From positions 182,769 to 246,768 of IMG/VR virus record IMGVR_UViG_3300025161_000004: a stretch of 64,000 nucleotides of DNA. One strand, written 5' to 3'. Positions within the stretch are counted from its first letter, which is position 1, and each line of letters begins with the position of its first letter. The notes beneath the pieces are model-generated. The model was given only the letters and a program-made list of their open reading frames with translations. It was not told the DNA's origin and did no database searches. Shown here piece by piece: positions 20,114 through 29,393 of this stretch. The position numbers were made by a program, and so were the translations under genes.

Positions 20114-20398
20114 ATGAAAAACGAAGAACAAAACTCAAATACTCCACAGAACTCAGCATTGAATATAGTTGATGTTAGCGACAGTTTTAAACTTCCTAAC
20201 CAAACTGGAAAGCTAATGTTTAAATTTGATGATGATGAACCACAGGAATGTGCAACAATTTATGACTACGGAAAAGTTACGATAGAATTGCAACAACAAA
20301 AAGAGTTAGACAATAATTTACGGCAAACGACCAACTCAATCGAATTTACTTCCAAAGACGGAAAGAAGTTTAAACTGTTCATAGAGAATTGCCACTAA
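20114..20398 (+). CDS. Cassette-borne hypothetical protein
   Basis: Starts inside an attC-like site (MKNEEQNSNTPQNSALNIVDVSDS); stop lies in CACTAAC. Confidence 0.7.
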   Translation: MKNEEQNSNTPQNSALNIVDVSDSFKLPNQTGKLMFKFDDDEPQECATIYDYGKVTIELQQQKELDNNLRQTTNSIEFTSKDGKKFKLFIENCH

Positions 20399-20480
20399 CT
20401 TCTGTATTAACTCAGATACGATAAAGGATGTTATGAATTATTGAAGCTAACAGTTTTCAGATCTATGTTAGTATACAATT

Positions 20481-20774
20481 TTGTACAAACCTCAAAATTT
20501 AAAATCTATGAAAATTAATTTTTTAAAGACAATTCATCTCTTTGTGGGTAGGTTGTTTTTAACAGAAAAGCCACGTATCGGTAAGTTTCCTTTAGAATTT
20601 AAATTTTCATTCCGAAGAAATGAATGGTATTTATTCCCACAAGGATGGTCTCATTTGCACACAGCAAAAGACGAGGGTACAGATAGAAGATTTGAGTATC
20701 ACTATAAGTACAATTTTTCATGGCTTTTTATTGATCTCGAATGGACACAAAGATTGTGTAATGTTGATTTTTAA
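20481..20774 (+). CDS. Cassette-borne hypothetical protein
   Basis: ORF followed directly by TACCCACAAC. Confidence 0.55.
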   Translation: MYKPQNLKSMKINFLKTIHLFVGRLFLTEKPRIGKFPLEFKFSFRRNEWYLFPQGWSHLHTAKDEGTDRRFEYHYKYNFSWLFIDLEWTQRLCNVDF

Positions 20775-20905
20775 ACTTACCCACAACGGTTTTAAATATA
20801 AGAAGTAAATTTTACTCATAAAATTTGGATAAATGAAAATTTATTTATTATATTTGTTCTTATAATTTATTAAAAAATAATTATACAAATTTAAAAAATA
20901 AAATT

Positions 20906-21094
20906 ATGAAAACATTATTAAGTAGAGTAGAAGAAGAAAGTGTTAATTATCCAACAGCAGAACACGCAGCAATAGACCATTTGAAAATGGCATCTGCACA
21001 TTTATTTGAAGAAACAGAAGGTAGAGACATTGATAATTGTTTATCTGATATTGAAAAAATAATTAAAAAACTTGAAAATAGAATAAACTCATAA
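20906..21094 (+). CDS. Small hypothetical protein
   Basis: ATG after an A-rich leader; TATATTTG upstream. Confidence 0.65.
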   Translation: MKTLLSRVEEESVNYPTAEHAAIDHLKMASAHLFEETEGRDIDNCLSDIEKIIKKLENRINS

Positions 21095-21377
21095 TTTTTT
21101 TTTATTACTTATAACGGTTGGATGTATAAGTGGTCTAAGATTAGAAACGCTTAACTTCACTTAAGCACAACTGTTGATTAGAATTATAAACTTAAACAAC
21201 CAACTAAACATCAGATTACATATATACCATCTTATACACTTTTAAATTTTATATATTATGAGAATATAGGAAAAACTTTAAATCGAAACATTCAGGCTCG
21301 TAGCAGCATTTTGCCTACCTGCTGTTAGATGTCTGTGAAAAATAAATTTAGTGTTGGGCAATTAAACAAATTTTAAA

Positions 21378-21659
21378 ATGAAAGCAGAAAGAAAAAATTA
21401 TTTAACCCTAAAATGGGGAACATTGAAAGAGTATGATTTTAGTAATTCAAAAAAAGGACAAAAGTTGCTAAAAGAGTACAAACGAATTGGAGCATCTTTT
21501 AGTAGAATGTTACAAGAAGACACTCCGAGACAAAAGGAAATTATTTGTGAATTGATAGACCTTTGTGATGGGGATAAAATTTATTTAGAGTGGGATGGAA
21601 AATATGTGTCAAAACAAAAAGCAAAAGACTATGTCCTAAATTATGGTAAAGAAGACTGA
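21378..21659 (+). CDS. Cassette-borne hypothetical protein
   Basis: 93 aa, LTLKWGTLK N-terminal motif. Confidence 0.7.
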   Translation: MKAERKNYLTLKWGTLKEYDFSNSKKGQKLLKEYKRIGASFSRMLQEDTPRQKEIICELIDLCDGDKIYLEWDGKYVSKQKAKDYVLNYGKED

Positions 21660-21893
21660 TACTGTTGATGCGATAAGAAATTTATTTTTTTATTGTATCT
21701 AACGTACAGGTGCGGTGAAGTTCAGATAGAATTTAATTAGAACCACAGACAAAAACAAAAAAGAATATTACAATGAAACTTAATAAGAAGTGATAACGTA
21801 GTATTTCTTATAAAGGTTGATAAGAACTTTTTAAAAATATTTGGTGGGAAATTTAATTCTAAGTATTTATATATAATAAACTATTTATTCTAT

Positions 21894-22202
21894 ATGGAAA
21901 ACGATAAAAAAATAAGGGACTTAGTTAAAACTACTCTTAGAGAGGTTTTGAACGAAAACAAAGATATTGAACCATATTATAATGAAGATTTTAAAGATAA
22001 ATTAAAAAAATTATTAATTGAACTTGGTTATGAGGATATTGAATTTGAAGTGGATGGTGTGTCTTTTCATAATCCCTATGGGGATGATGTGTTAGTGAAT
22101 AAAAAAAGTTCGGTAATATATGATTTCATTGAGAATTATGGTTATGATCCGGATGATTTTATTATAGGAAATTTTAGAATATTTTATCCAACTAATTTTT
22201 AA
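21894..22202 (+). CDS. Acidic protein with shared N-terminal motif
   Basis: MENDKKIRDLVKTTLREVLNE; GTATTTAT upstream. Confidence 0.7.
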   Translation: MENDKKIRDLVKTTLREVLNENKDIEPYYNEDFKDKLKKLLIELGYEDIEFEVDGVSFHNPYGDDVLVNKKSSVIYDFIENYGYDPDDFIIGNFRIFYPTNF

Positions 22203-22328
22203 TTTTTTTTACGAAGAACTATAACTGTAACACGAATGTAGTATTGTGTATAACGGTTAGGGTATTGCTGCCGTGTGGTATTCCTTGCACGTCAGCCGAA
22301 TAAATTACTAATGTTAAATAGAAATACT

Positions 22329-22802
22329 ATGGATGAAAATTTAAGCGTCAGCCCACATGGAAGCAATACCATGTTAGCGGCTGTTACGGTGGGTAGAATT
22401 ACTCCCGAAAATATTACAAGCATTTCAGAAAATGAAGTATTTGTCTTTGGTAGTAATTTGTCTGGAAGGCACGGGAAAGGTGCTGCAAAAACTGCTTTAG
22501 GTTGGGGTGCAAAATGGGGTCAAGCCGCAGGAATACAAGGCAAAACCTACGGAATACCAACCAAAGATGCTTCGATAAAAAGAACGCTCCGAATTGATGA
22601 AATAAAGCCATTTGTAGATGATTTTATTGAATGGGCAAAGCATCACACAGGGAATACTTTTTATGTAACTGAAATAGGCTGTGGTTTGGCTGGATACAAG
22701 CCTAAAGATATTGCTCCACTATTTGCAGAATGTGTCAATTTGAAAAATGTCAAACTGCCACAAAGGTTCTGGCACGAGTTGGTTGGTAGTAATAGCCGCT
22801 AA
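22329..22802 (+). CDS. A1S_2505-family (macro-like) phage protein, cassette-borne
   Basis: VFVFGSNLSGRHGKGAA...TYGIPT...VTEIGCGLAG; start moved to ATG 22329. Confidence 0.8.
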   Translation: MDENLSVSPHGSNTMLAAVTVGRITPENITSISENEVFVFGSNLSGRHGKGAAKTALGWGAKWGQAAGIQGKTYGIPTKDASIKRTLRIDEIKPFVDDFIEWAKHHTGNTFYVTEIGCGLAGYKPKDIAPLFAECVNLKNVKLPQRFWHELVGSNSR

Positions 22803-22994
22803 CGGTTGCAAATATAAAACGTTGCAACATAAATGTTAATTAAATACGACAATTTTTAAAATTTAACATATAATAATAATTGAAACACGACAGCAACGTT
22901 TTTGTTGTTATAAGTTATATTGAAATTTATCTTGATACTAAGCTAAATTTATCCATCCGATAATCAATATATTATAAAATAATTTAAAATTTTC

Positions 22995-23035
22995 TTGACA
23001 AATCTGAATAATTCGTGTACTTTTGACACGAATTA
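22995..23035 (+). promoter_or_regulatory. NAD operon promoter overlapped by a candidate NrtR operator
   Basis: TTGACA at 22995; perfect palindrome TAATTCGTGT-ACTTTTG-ACACGAATTA (23009-23035) containing the TACTTTTG -7 box. Confidence 0.75.
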
Positions 23036-23048
23036 ATAGTATTTATAA

Positions 23049-23504
23049 GTGAATGGTAAAATAAAAACTGTTTTTTTTGACCAGATTAATTTGTGTATAA
23101 ATTACAATAATATGATGACATTTAGGGATATAGTTCAAATTATTGAAAACATAACCTATAAAAGGGGGTGGTCAATTTTAGTGAATGTGGATGGTCTTGA
23201 AAAAAGACCATATCTTCAAGTAGAATTTAATGCTGAAGATGCTGAAACTGGGAATGTGGAAAAGCAGAGATGTAGAAAATGGATGTTGTCATATCACATG
23301 ACCACTACTGAAATTGTGTATACCGCATTAAAAGCTATTCAAGCTGCAGAAGACCATGAAACAAGAGAATTCTTCAGATATAAGAATGTTCGTATTGTCA
23401 ATCCACACTTTTCGGTGGATGATATTGTTAAAATGGTGAATCAAAAGAAATTAAACGAAGAATCAAGAATCTTAATCCCTTCATGTGGGACTGATAAAAA
23501 TTAA
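23049..23504 (+). CDS. Hypothetical protein, first gene of the NAD operon
   Basis: RKWMLSYHMTTTEIV.TA...HE.RE.F; true start probably a later ATG. Confidence 0.7.
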   Translation: MNGKIKTVFFDQINLCINYNNMMTFRDIVQIIENITYKRGWSILVNVDGLEKRPYLQVEFNAEDAETGNVEKQRCRKWMLSYHMTTTEIVYTALKAIQAAEDHETREFFRYKNVRIVNPHFSVDDIVKMVNQKKLNEESRILIPSCGTDKN

Positions 23505-23533
23505 ACTTTTATGAATAAAAAATCACAGATAAT

Positions 23534-24466
23534 ATGGAGGAAGTTAAAAAAAAATATGATATAGGGGTAATCATAGGACGTTTTCAAGTTCACGAATTAC
23601 ACGATGCACATAAGGGAATGATAGAAGAGGTTCTATCAAGACATGAAAAGGTAATTTTGTTTTTAGGGGTATCTCCTACACTTTCTACAAAAAGAAATCC
23701 ACTTGATTTCTTATCAAGAAAAGTAATGTTTGAAGAAGAATATGGTAATCGCATTTCTGTGATCTTACCATTATACGATAAAAAATCTGACTATGTTTGG
23801 TCTAAACAAGTCGATACTAAAATTCGTGAAGTATTTCCGCTTGGCTCTGTTGTTCTTTATGGGTCAAGAGATTCGTTTATCCCACATTATAAGGGAGAAT
23901 TTGATGTGATTGAATTAGTACCAAGTTCTTTAGTATCCGCAACTGAAATCAGAGAATCTGTATCTAAAAGAGTTGAGCGTAAAAAAGAATTTCGTGCAGG
24001 TGTTATTTATGCATGTTATAATACATTTGATTTGGTTCATCCTGTAGTCGATGTTGCAATTATGAATGATGATGAAACAATGGTTCTTCTTGGTAGAAAG
24101 AAAGATGAAACAGAATTTCGATTTATTGGTGGATTTGTTGATGTTACAGATGAATCTTTGGAACAGACAGTAAGACGTGAAGTATATGAGGAAACTGGAT
24201 TAGAAATTGACAATATTCAATACATCGCATCAATAAAGGTAAATGATTGGAGATATCGTTTAGATAAAGAACGTTCTGTTATGACATCATTTTTTAAGGC
24301 AAAGAAGATTTTTGGTGGTGGTTCTGAACAAGCCAAAGATGATATTGCTGAAGTAAAATGGTTTGACATTAATAAAATTAATGGAACTCAAATTGTTAGT
24401 GAGCATTTGAAACTACTCAACATCCTAAAAAATTTACTAAAAACCCAAAAGCTAAATAATTCTTAA
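23534..24466 (+). CDS. nadM: Bifunctional NMN adenylyltransferase / Nudix ADP-ribose pyrophosphatase
   Basis: GRFQVHELHDAH...RNPL...SAT, then Nudix box GG...EQTVRREVYEETG. Confidence 0.9.
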   Translation: MEEVKKKYDIGVIIGRFQVHELHDAHKGMIEEVLSRHEKVILFLGVSPTLSTKRNPLDFLSRKVMFEEEYGNRISVILPLYDKKSDYVWSKQVDTKIREVFPLGSVVLYGSRDSFIPHYKGEFDVIELVPSSLVSATEIRESVSKRVERKKEFRAGVIYACYNTFDLVHPVVDVAIMNDDETMVLLGRKKDETEFRFIGGFVDVTDESLEQTVRREVYEETGLEIDNIQYIASIKVNDWRYRLDKERSVMTSFFKAKKIFGGGSEQAKDDIAEVKWFDINKINGTQIVSEHLKLLNILKNLLKTQKLNNS

Positions 24467-24483
24467 CTAAAAATTATTAATTT

Positions 24484-25941
24484 ATGAAAACAATTAATTT
24501 AATCCCGAATTTAATTCTAAGAACTGATAGCTATAAACTTAGTCACTGGAAACAATATCCGAAAGGTATGACTAAAGTATATTCATATCTTGAAAGTAGA
24601 GGTGGTGCATATCCTGCAACACTATTCTTTGGATTGCAATATTTCTTAAAGCAATTAGAGGGTGTTGTGATTACCATGAAAGACGTTGAAGACGCTGATA
24701 AATTTTCAAAAGCACACTTTGGGAGTGATATCTTTAATAAAGAAGGTTGGAAATATATTGTTAAAGTACATGGTGGCAAACTCCCAATTCGTATTAAAGC
24801 GGTGAAAGAGGGTACATTAGTACCAACACGTAATGTTTTGATGACTATTGAAAATACTGATGAAAATTGTTTCTGGTTAACTAATGCAATGGAAACAATG
24901 CTAATGCGTATTTGGTATCCGATTACAATTGCAACAAATAGTTTTTATGCAAAACAAATGATAGCAAAATATTTAAAAACCAGTGCAAATGATTTAAATT
25001 CATTACCTTTTAAACTTCATGATTTCGGATATCGTGGTGTGTCAAGTGAAGAAAGTGCTGGTGTTGGTGGTATGGCTCACTTGGTAAATTTCATGGGTAC
25101 AGATACTCTTGCAGCAATTGTATATTCTAATGAATATTATAATGCTGGTGGTGTAAATGCATTTTCAGTTCCTGCATCTGAACACTCTGTGGCTTGTTCA
25201 TTTGGAAAAGAAAATGAAGAAGAATATTTCTTGAACATGCTTAATCAGTATCCTACAGGTATTGTATCGATAGTATCTGACACATATGATGTATTCAATT
25301 TTGTTGATTCTATGTCGAAGAAACATAAAAAGAAAATTCTTGAACGTCAAGGTACTACAGTATTTCGTCCTGATTCTGGGGATCCGATTGATGTTAATGT
25401 TAAATTAATCAACATCCTTTGGAATGTGTTTGGTGATGTAGGTTCTATTACTAAAACAGGACATAAATTATTACCACCACAAGTACGACTTATTCAAGGT
25501 GATGGTATTGATTTGAAAACATTAGATCAAATTCTTAAAACTGTTACTGACTTAGGATTCTCAGCTGAAAATTGGGTGTTCGGTTCTGGTGGTGGGCTTC
25601 TTCAAAAATTTGATCGTGATACATTGAAGTTTGCGATTAAAGCATCCTATGGTGAGAGAATAGTTGATGGAAATCGTCTAGAATTTGATATTCAGAAAGA
25701 CCCTATCACTTCATCTGGTAAGAAAAGTAAAGCAGGTAAATTGAAATTGGTAAAATCTCAATTAGATGGTGAGTTTTTCACTGTAACAAGTGAGCACCCA
25801 CATTTCGAAAAATTTAAAGATGAATTAGAGGTTGTATTTGAAAACGGTGAGATTAAGAGAACTCAGCAATTCGAAGAGATAAGAGTTCTTGCAAATTCAT
25901 TTATAAAAATTAATTCAGATGTAGAATATCAGAATCACTGA
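24484..25941 (+). CDS. nadV: Nicotinamide phosphoribosyltransferase
   Basis: TDSYKLSHW, LHDFGYRG, PASEHS, VSDTYD, RPDSG, QGDG, GSGGGLLQ. Confidence 0.95.
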   Translation: MKTINLIPNLILRTDSYKLSHWKQYPKGMTKVYSYLESRGGAYPATLFFGLQYFLKQLEGVVITMKDVEDADKFSKAHFGSDIFNKEGWKYIVKVHGGKLPIRIKAVKEGTLVPTRNVLMTIENTDENCFWLTNAMETMLMRIWYPITIATNSFYAKQMIAKYLKTSANDLNSLPFKLHDFGYRGVSSEESAGVGGMAHLVNFMGTDTLAAIVYSNEYYNAGGVNAFSVPASEHSVACSFGKENEEEYFLNMLNQYPTGIVSIVSDTYDVFNFVDSMSKKHKKKILERQGTTVFRPDSGDPIDVNVKLINILWNVFGDVGSITKTGHKLLPPQVRLIQGDGIDLKTLDQILKTVTDLGFSAENWVFGSGGGLLQKFDRDTLKFAIKASYGERIVDGNRLEFDIQKDPITSSGKKSKAGKLKLVKSQLDGEFFTVTSEHPHFEKFKDELEVVFENGEIKRTQQFEEIRVLANSFIKINSDVEYQNH

Positions 25942-25994
25942 ATTATAAAATAAGATAGTTCAATACTTAAATTTACAATATTAATAGAAGCAAT

Positions 25995-26924
25995 ATGATA
26001 AAAATTTTCCCACAATCGAATAGTCTTAAATTTACTGAGCAACTGGTAAATTCTAATTCTGTATTGGAAACTGGTAGAGCAAATTACTATAGTTTGGGTA
26101 AAATACATAAGACCAAATTTGCTAATGGTGAGATTACTGTTGTATTTGAAGAATCGGTTCGAAATGAATCGATTGTGATTGTATCACAACCAAAAACATA
26201 TGAAGATATTTTCGAACTTCTTGAGACAATTGATGCAGCAAGAAGATCTTCAGCGAAAGAAATCATCGGAGTGATACCATCATTACCACATTCAAGACAA
26301 GAAAGAAGAGAGAATGGTGTAAGAACAACAATCTCGGCAAGATTAATTGCTGATATATTACAAGTTGCTGGTCTTGACAGATTAATAACTATGGATGTTC
26401 ATACTACCGCCATTGAAGGATTTTATAAAATACCATTTGATAATATTGATCCTTTTGATAGTATTCTAAAAAAAATAAAAACATTGAATTTGCAAAACCC
26501 TACAATTGTATCACCAGATTTTGGCGGTATGAAACGAGCAAAAAAATATGCTAATAAGTTAGGGTATAATATAGCATTCATTAGTAAGGAAAGATTAAAA
26601 GCAAATGAAGTTGAAAGTATGACATTAATTGGATCAGTAAAAGATTCGGATGTCATTATTGTTGATGATATGATTGATACTGGTGCTACTATATTGAAAG
26701 GGCTTGATTTGCTTAAAGAGAATGGTGCAAAGAACTTTTATGTATTTGCTACACATGGTGTATTTTCTAATGACGCTATTAATAAGTTTGCAACTAATCA
26801 TAATTTTCCACATGTTTACATAACAAATACAATACCTGTAGATAATCATAGTAATTTTGTTAACATTAAAGAAATTAATGTTATTTCCGAATTTGATAAG
26901 GCATTAAGAAAAATTTTTATATAA
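25995..26924 (+). CDS. prs: Ribose-phosphate pyrophosphokinase family protein
   Basis: FANGE, SRQERR, DVH, SPDFGG, IVDDMIDTGAT, THGVFS. Confidence 0.9.
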   Translation: MIKIFPQSNSLKFTEQLVNSNSVLETGRANYYSLGKIHKTKFANGEITVVFEESVRNESIVIVSQPKTYEDIFELLETIDAARRSSAKEIIGVIPSLPHSRQERRENGVRTTISARLIADILQVAGLDRLITMDVHTTAIEGFYKIPFDNIDPFDSILKKIKTLNLQNPTIVSPDFGGMKRAKKYANKLGYNIAFISKERLKANEVESMTLIGSVKDSDVIIVDDMIDTGATILKGLDLLKENGAKNFYVFATHGVFSNDAINKFATNHNFPHVYITNTIPVDNHSNFVNIKEINVISEFDKALRKIFI

Positions 26925-27337
26925 TGTGCATAATAAAAGCAATCGATAAAGCACTAAAAAATAAAGAAAAAAAGGGTTGGGATAAGATTTATTTTTATTT
27001 TGACATTCATGAGACAATTCTTTATCCCGATTATAATAATGAAGAACCTTTAAAATTTTACAAACACGCTAAAGAAGTTTTACAATATCTTTCTAATAGA
27101 AGTGATATTGAATTGGGTTTATTTACTTGTTCGTATCCACAAGAAATAAAGCGTTATAGAAAATTTTTTATGGATAATGGTATTATTTTTAGGTATGCAA
27201 ATAAAAATCCTGATGTTGAAGATACTGCATATGGATATTATGAAGATAAACCCTATTTTAATGTATTATTTGAAGATAAAGCAGGTTTTGATGCTGAAAA
27301 TGATTGGATATTAGTAAAAAATTATTTTGGTATTTAA
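26924..27337 (+). CDS. Hypothetical HAD-like protein
   Basis: FDIHETI...KPYFNVLFEDKAGFD. Confidence 0.6.
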   Translation: MCIIKAIDKALKNKEKKGWDKIYFYFDIHETILYPDYNNEEPLKFYKHAKEVLQYLSNRSDIELGLFTCSYPQEIKRYRKFFMDNGIIFRYANKNPDVEDTAYGYYEDKPYFNVLFEDKAGFDAENDWILVKNYFGI

Positions 27338-27358
27338 TTTTTTTATTATATTTGTGAT

Positions 27359-27973
27359 ATGAGAAAAAAGTACATAACAACAATTTTGTTAGTTACGACT
27401 CTCGTATCAACAGCTAACAATAAAAAAATAGATTTACATGCCCTTAATGATTCTTCAAAAAAGGGTATGATTAATTCTAATTTAATACTTGAAGAACCTA
27501 AAGTGGTATGTCCTGAAGATATTGTTATTAGGGATTTTCACGTATTACATCCAGCTTTTAGAAATAAAGTAGTATTATTATTTATTGAAGCTAAAAAACA
27601 GGGTATTGATTTAGTTATTTCGGAAACATATAGAACACCTGAAAGGCAAAATATGTTATATAATAAAAAATTAACTAAAGTTAAGTCAGGTAAATCAAAA
27701 CATCAATATGGTTTAGCAATTGATCTTATACCAGTGATAAATAATAAATCACAGGCAAATAATGATGAAGTATTAAAACGTGTTGGAATTATTGGTGAAA
27801 AATTAGGATTAAAATGGGGTGGTAGATGGAAATTCTATGATCCTGTCCATTTTGAATATAAATGGAATATTAATGATGCATTGAGTGGTAGATTACCTGA
27901 AATACCCGATACATTAATTATTCCAGATACTGATTTTTTCTACAAAAATATTAAAAGAACAAATATAGAATAA
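27359..27973 (+). CDS. M15-family peptidoglycan peptidase with N-terminal signal
   Basis: ETYRTPERQ...SKHQYGLAIDL...WGG.W...D..HFE. Confidence 0.85.
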   Translation: MRKKYITTILLVTTLVSTANNKKIDLHALNDSSKKGMINSNLILEEPKVVCPEDIVIRDFHVLHPAFRNKVVLLFIEAKKQGIDLVISETYRTPERQNMLYNKKLTKVKSGKSKHQYGLAIDLIPVINNKSQANNDEVLKRVGIIGEKLGLKWGGRWKFYDPVHFEYKWNINDALSGRLPEIPDTLIIPDTDFFYKNIKRTNIE

Positions 27974-28437
27974 TGATTGAGTATAAACCACCATACGACA
28001 TTCGCACCATTAATTTATCCAATAAATCAGTATTTCTTGCAGGCACAATTGAAATGGGTAAATCAATTGATTGGCAAAGAGAAATTGTTGAATTGTTAAA
28101 AGATGAAGATATAATTGTTTTAAATCCAAGAAGAGATGATTGGGATTCATCATGGGTTCAAAGTATCGAGAACCCGCAATTTAAAGAACAAGTTGAATGG
28201 GAATTGTATGGTATAGAAAATGTAACGAAGGTAATAATGTGTTTTATGCCTAATACATTATCACCAATATCTATGCTTGAATTGGGATTATGTTTGAAAA
28301 GGGGTAATGTCATAGTTTATTGTCCAAAAGATTTTTGGAGAAAGGGAAATATAGATGTAACTTGCTCAGTGTATGGTATTCCAGTGTTTGATGACTTCGA
28401 TCTTTTTAAAGATAAGATTAAATCAATTTTAAAATAA
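27973..28437 (+). CDS. Nucleoside 2-deoxyribosyltransferase-like protein
   Basis: VFLAGTIEMG...WQ...NPRRDDW...QVEWEL...SPISMLELG. Confidence 0.85.
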   Translation: MIEYKPPYDIRTINLSNKSVFLAGTIEMGKSIDWQREIVELLKDEDIIVLNPRRDDWDSSWVQSIENPQFKEQVEWELYGIENVTKVIMCFMPNTLSPISMLELGLCLKRGNVIVYCPKDFWRKGNIDVTCSVYGIPVFDDFDLFKDKIKSILK

Positions 28438-28442
28438 CAAAT

Positions 28443-29111
28443 ATGAAAGTTGCTGTTGATGCAGTGGTATTTGCTTATATTAATAAAGAATTGAATATTC
28501 TTCTTATTGAAAGAGCATTTGAACCATTTAAGGGTAAATTATCTTTGGCTGGTGGTTTTATTAATGAAAATGAGACTGCAGATCAGGCAGTTATTAGAAA
28601 ATTAAAAGAAGAAACTAATGTGAAATTGAACTATCTTGAACAACTATTTACATTCACAGACGTGGATCGTGATCCAAGAGAGAGAATTATATCTATAGCA
28701 TATTATGCTTTAATTAATCCAACAAATCATAATTTAGAAGCTAATATTCATGCTAAAGACGTTAACTGGTATCCAGTTAGTAAACTGGAATATTTACCAA
28801 TAGCTTTTGATCACTATAAGATTATAAACTATGGGATAACACGTTTAAAGAATAAGGTGATTTATGAACCAATAGGGTTTGAATTATTACCAAAATATTT
28901 TTCAATGAGTGATTTGTATGATTTATACTGTGCAATACTTGGTAATAATTTAGATAGAAGAAATTTTATTAAAAAAATAACCAGTTTTGGTTTATTAAAA
29001 AAAACTAAATTTAAAACAAAAGGTCATATAGGTAGACGTGCTCAGTTATTTGAGTTCGATCAAAAAAAATATGAAAAACTTAAACTGAATGGATTTAAGT
29101 TTGATATTTGA
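28443..29111 (+). CDS. nrtR: NrtR-family Nudix/wHTH regulator
   Basis: VAVDAVVF...LAGGF...EETN...RDPRER...AFDH; C-terminal LDRRNF...GRRAQLF wHTH. Confidence 0.9.
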   Translation: MKVAVDAVVFAYINKELNILLIERAFEPFKGKLSLAGGFINENETADQAVIRKLKEETNVKLNYLEQLFTFTDVDRDPRERIISIAYYALINPTNHNLEANIHAKDVNWYPVSKLEYLPIAFDHYKIINYGITRLKNKVIYEPIGFELLPKYFSMSDLYDLYCAILGNNLDRRNFIKKITSFGLLKKTKFKTKGHIGRRAQLFEFDQKKYEKLKLNGFKFDI

Positions 29112-29393
29112 TATGTAAAAACTGATTGAGATATCACATATTTATTAGGGAATGATAAATCAAATCATCATATACATTGTGAACATGATTGTTTGTTAAT
29201 TTTGAAATATTAATCCATTAATCCATATAATGTGTCAGAAGAAGACGTGAAGAAACTTGATAAGTTAGGGTTCTTCATTGGAGAAGATTTTAAATTATAT
29301 AAATGTTGTTTTATAATGGAAATAAAGAACGAATATCATCGAAAATGAGAAATGTGAATAACTAAAATATCTGATATATCGTATACTATAATA

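Larger units (their letters stand above)
19894..22914 (+). mobile_element. Array of attC-like sites bounding single-gene cassettes; no integrase in the window
   Basis: Complementary GTT.../...AAC pairs flank genes: 19894/20047 (10/10), 20174/20390 (8/10), 20542/20778 (9/10), 21324/21694 (7/10), 22373/22794 (10/10). Confidence 0.65.
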
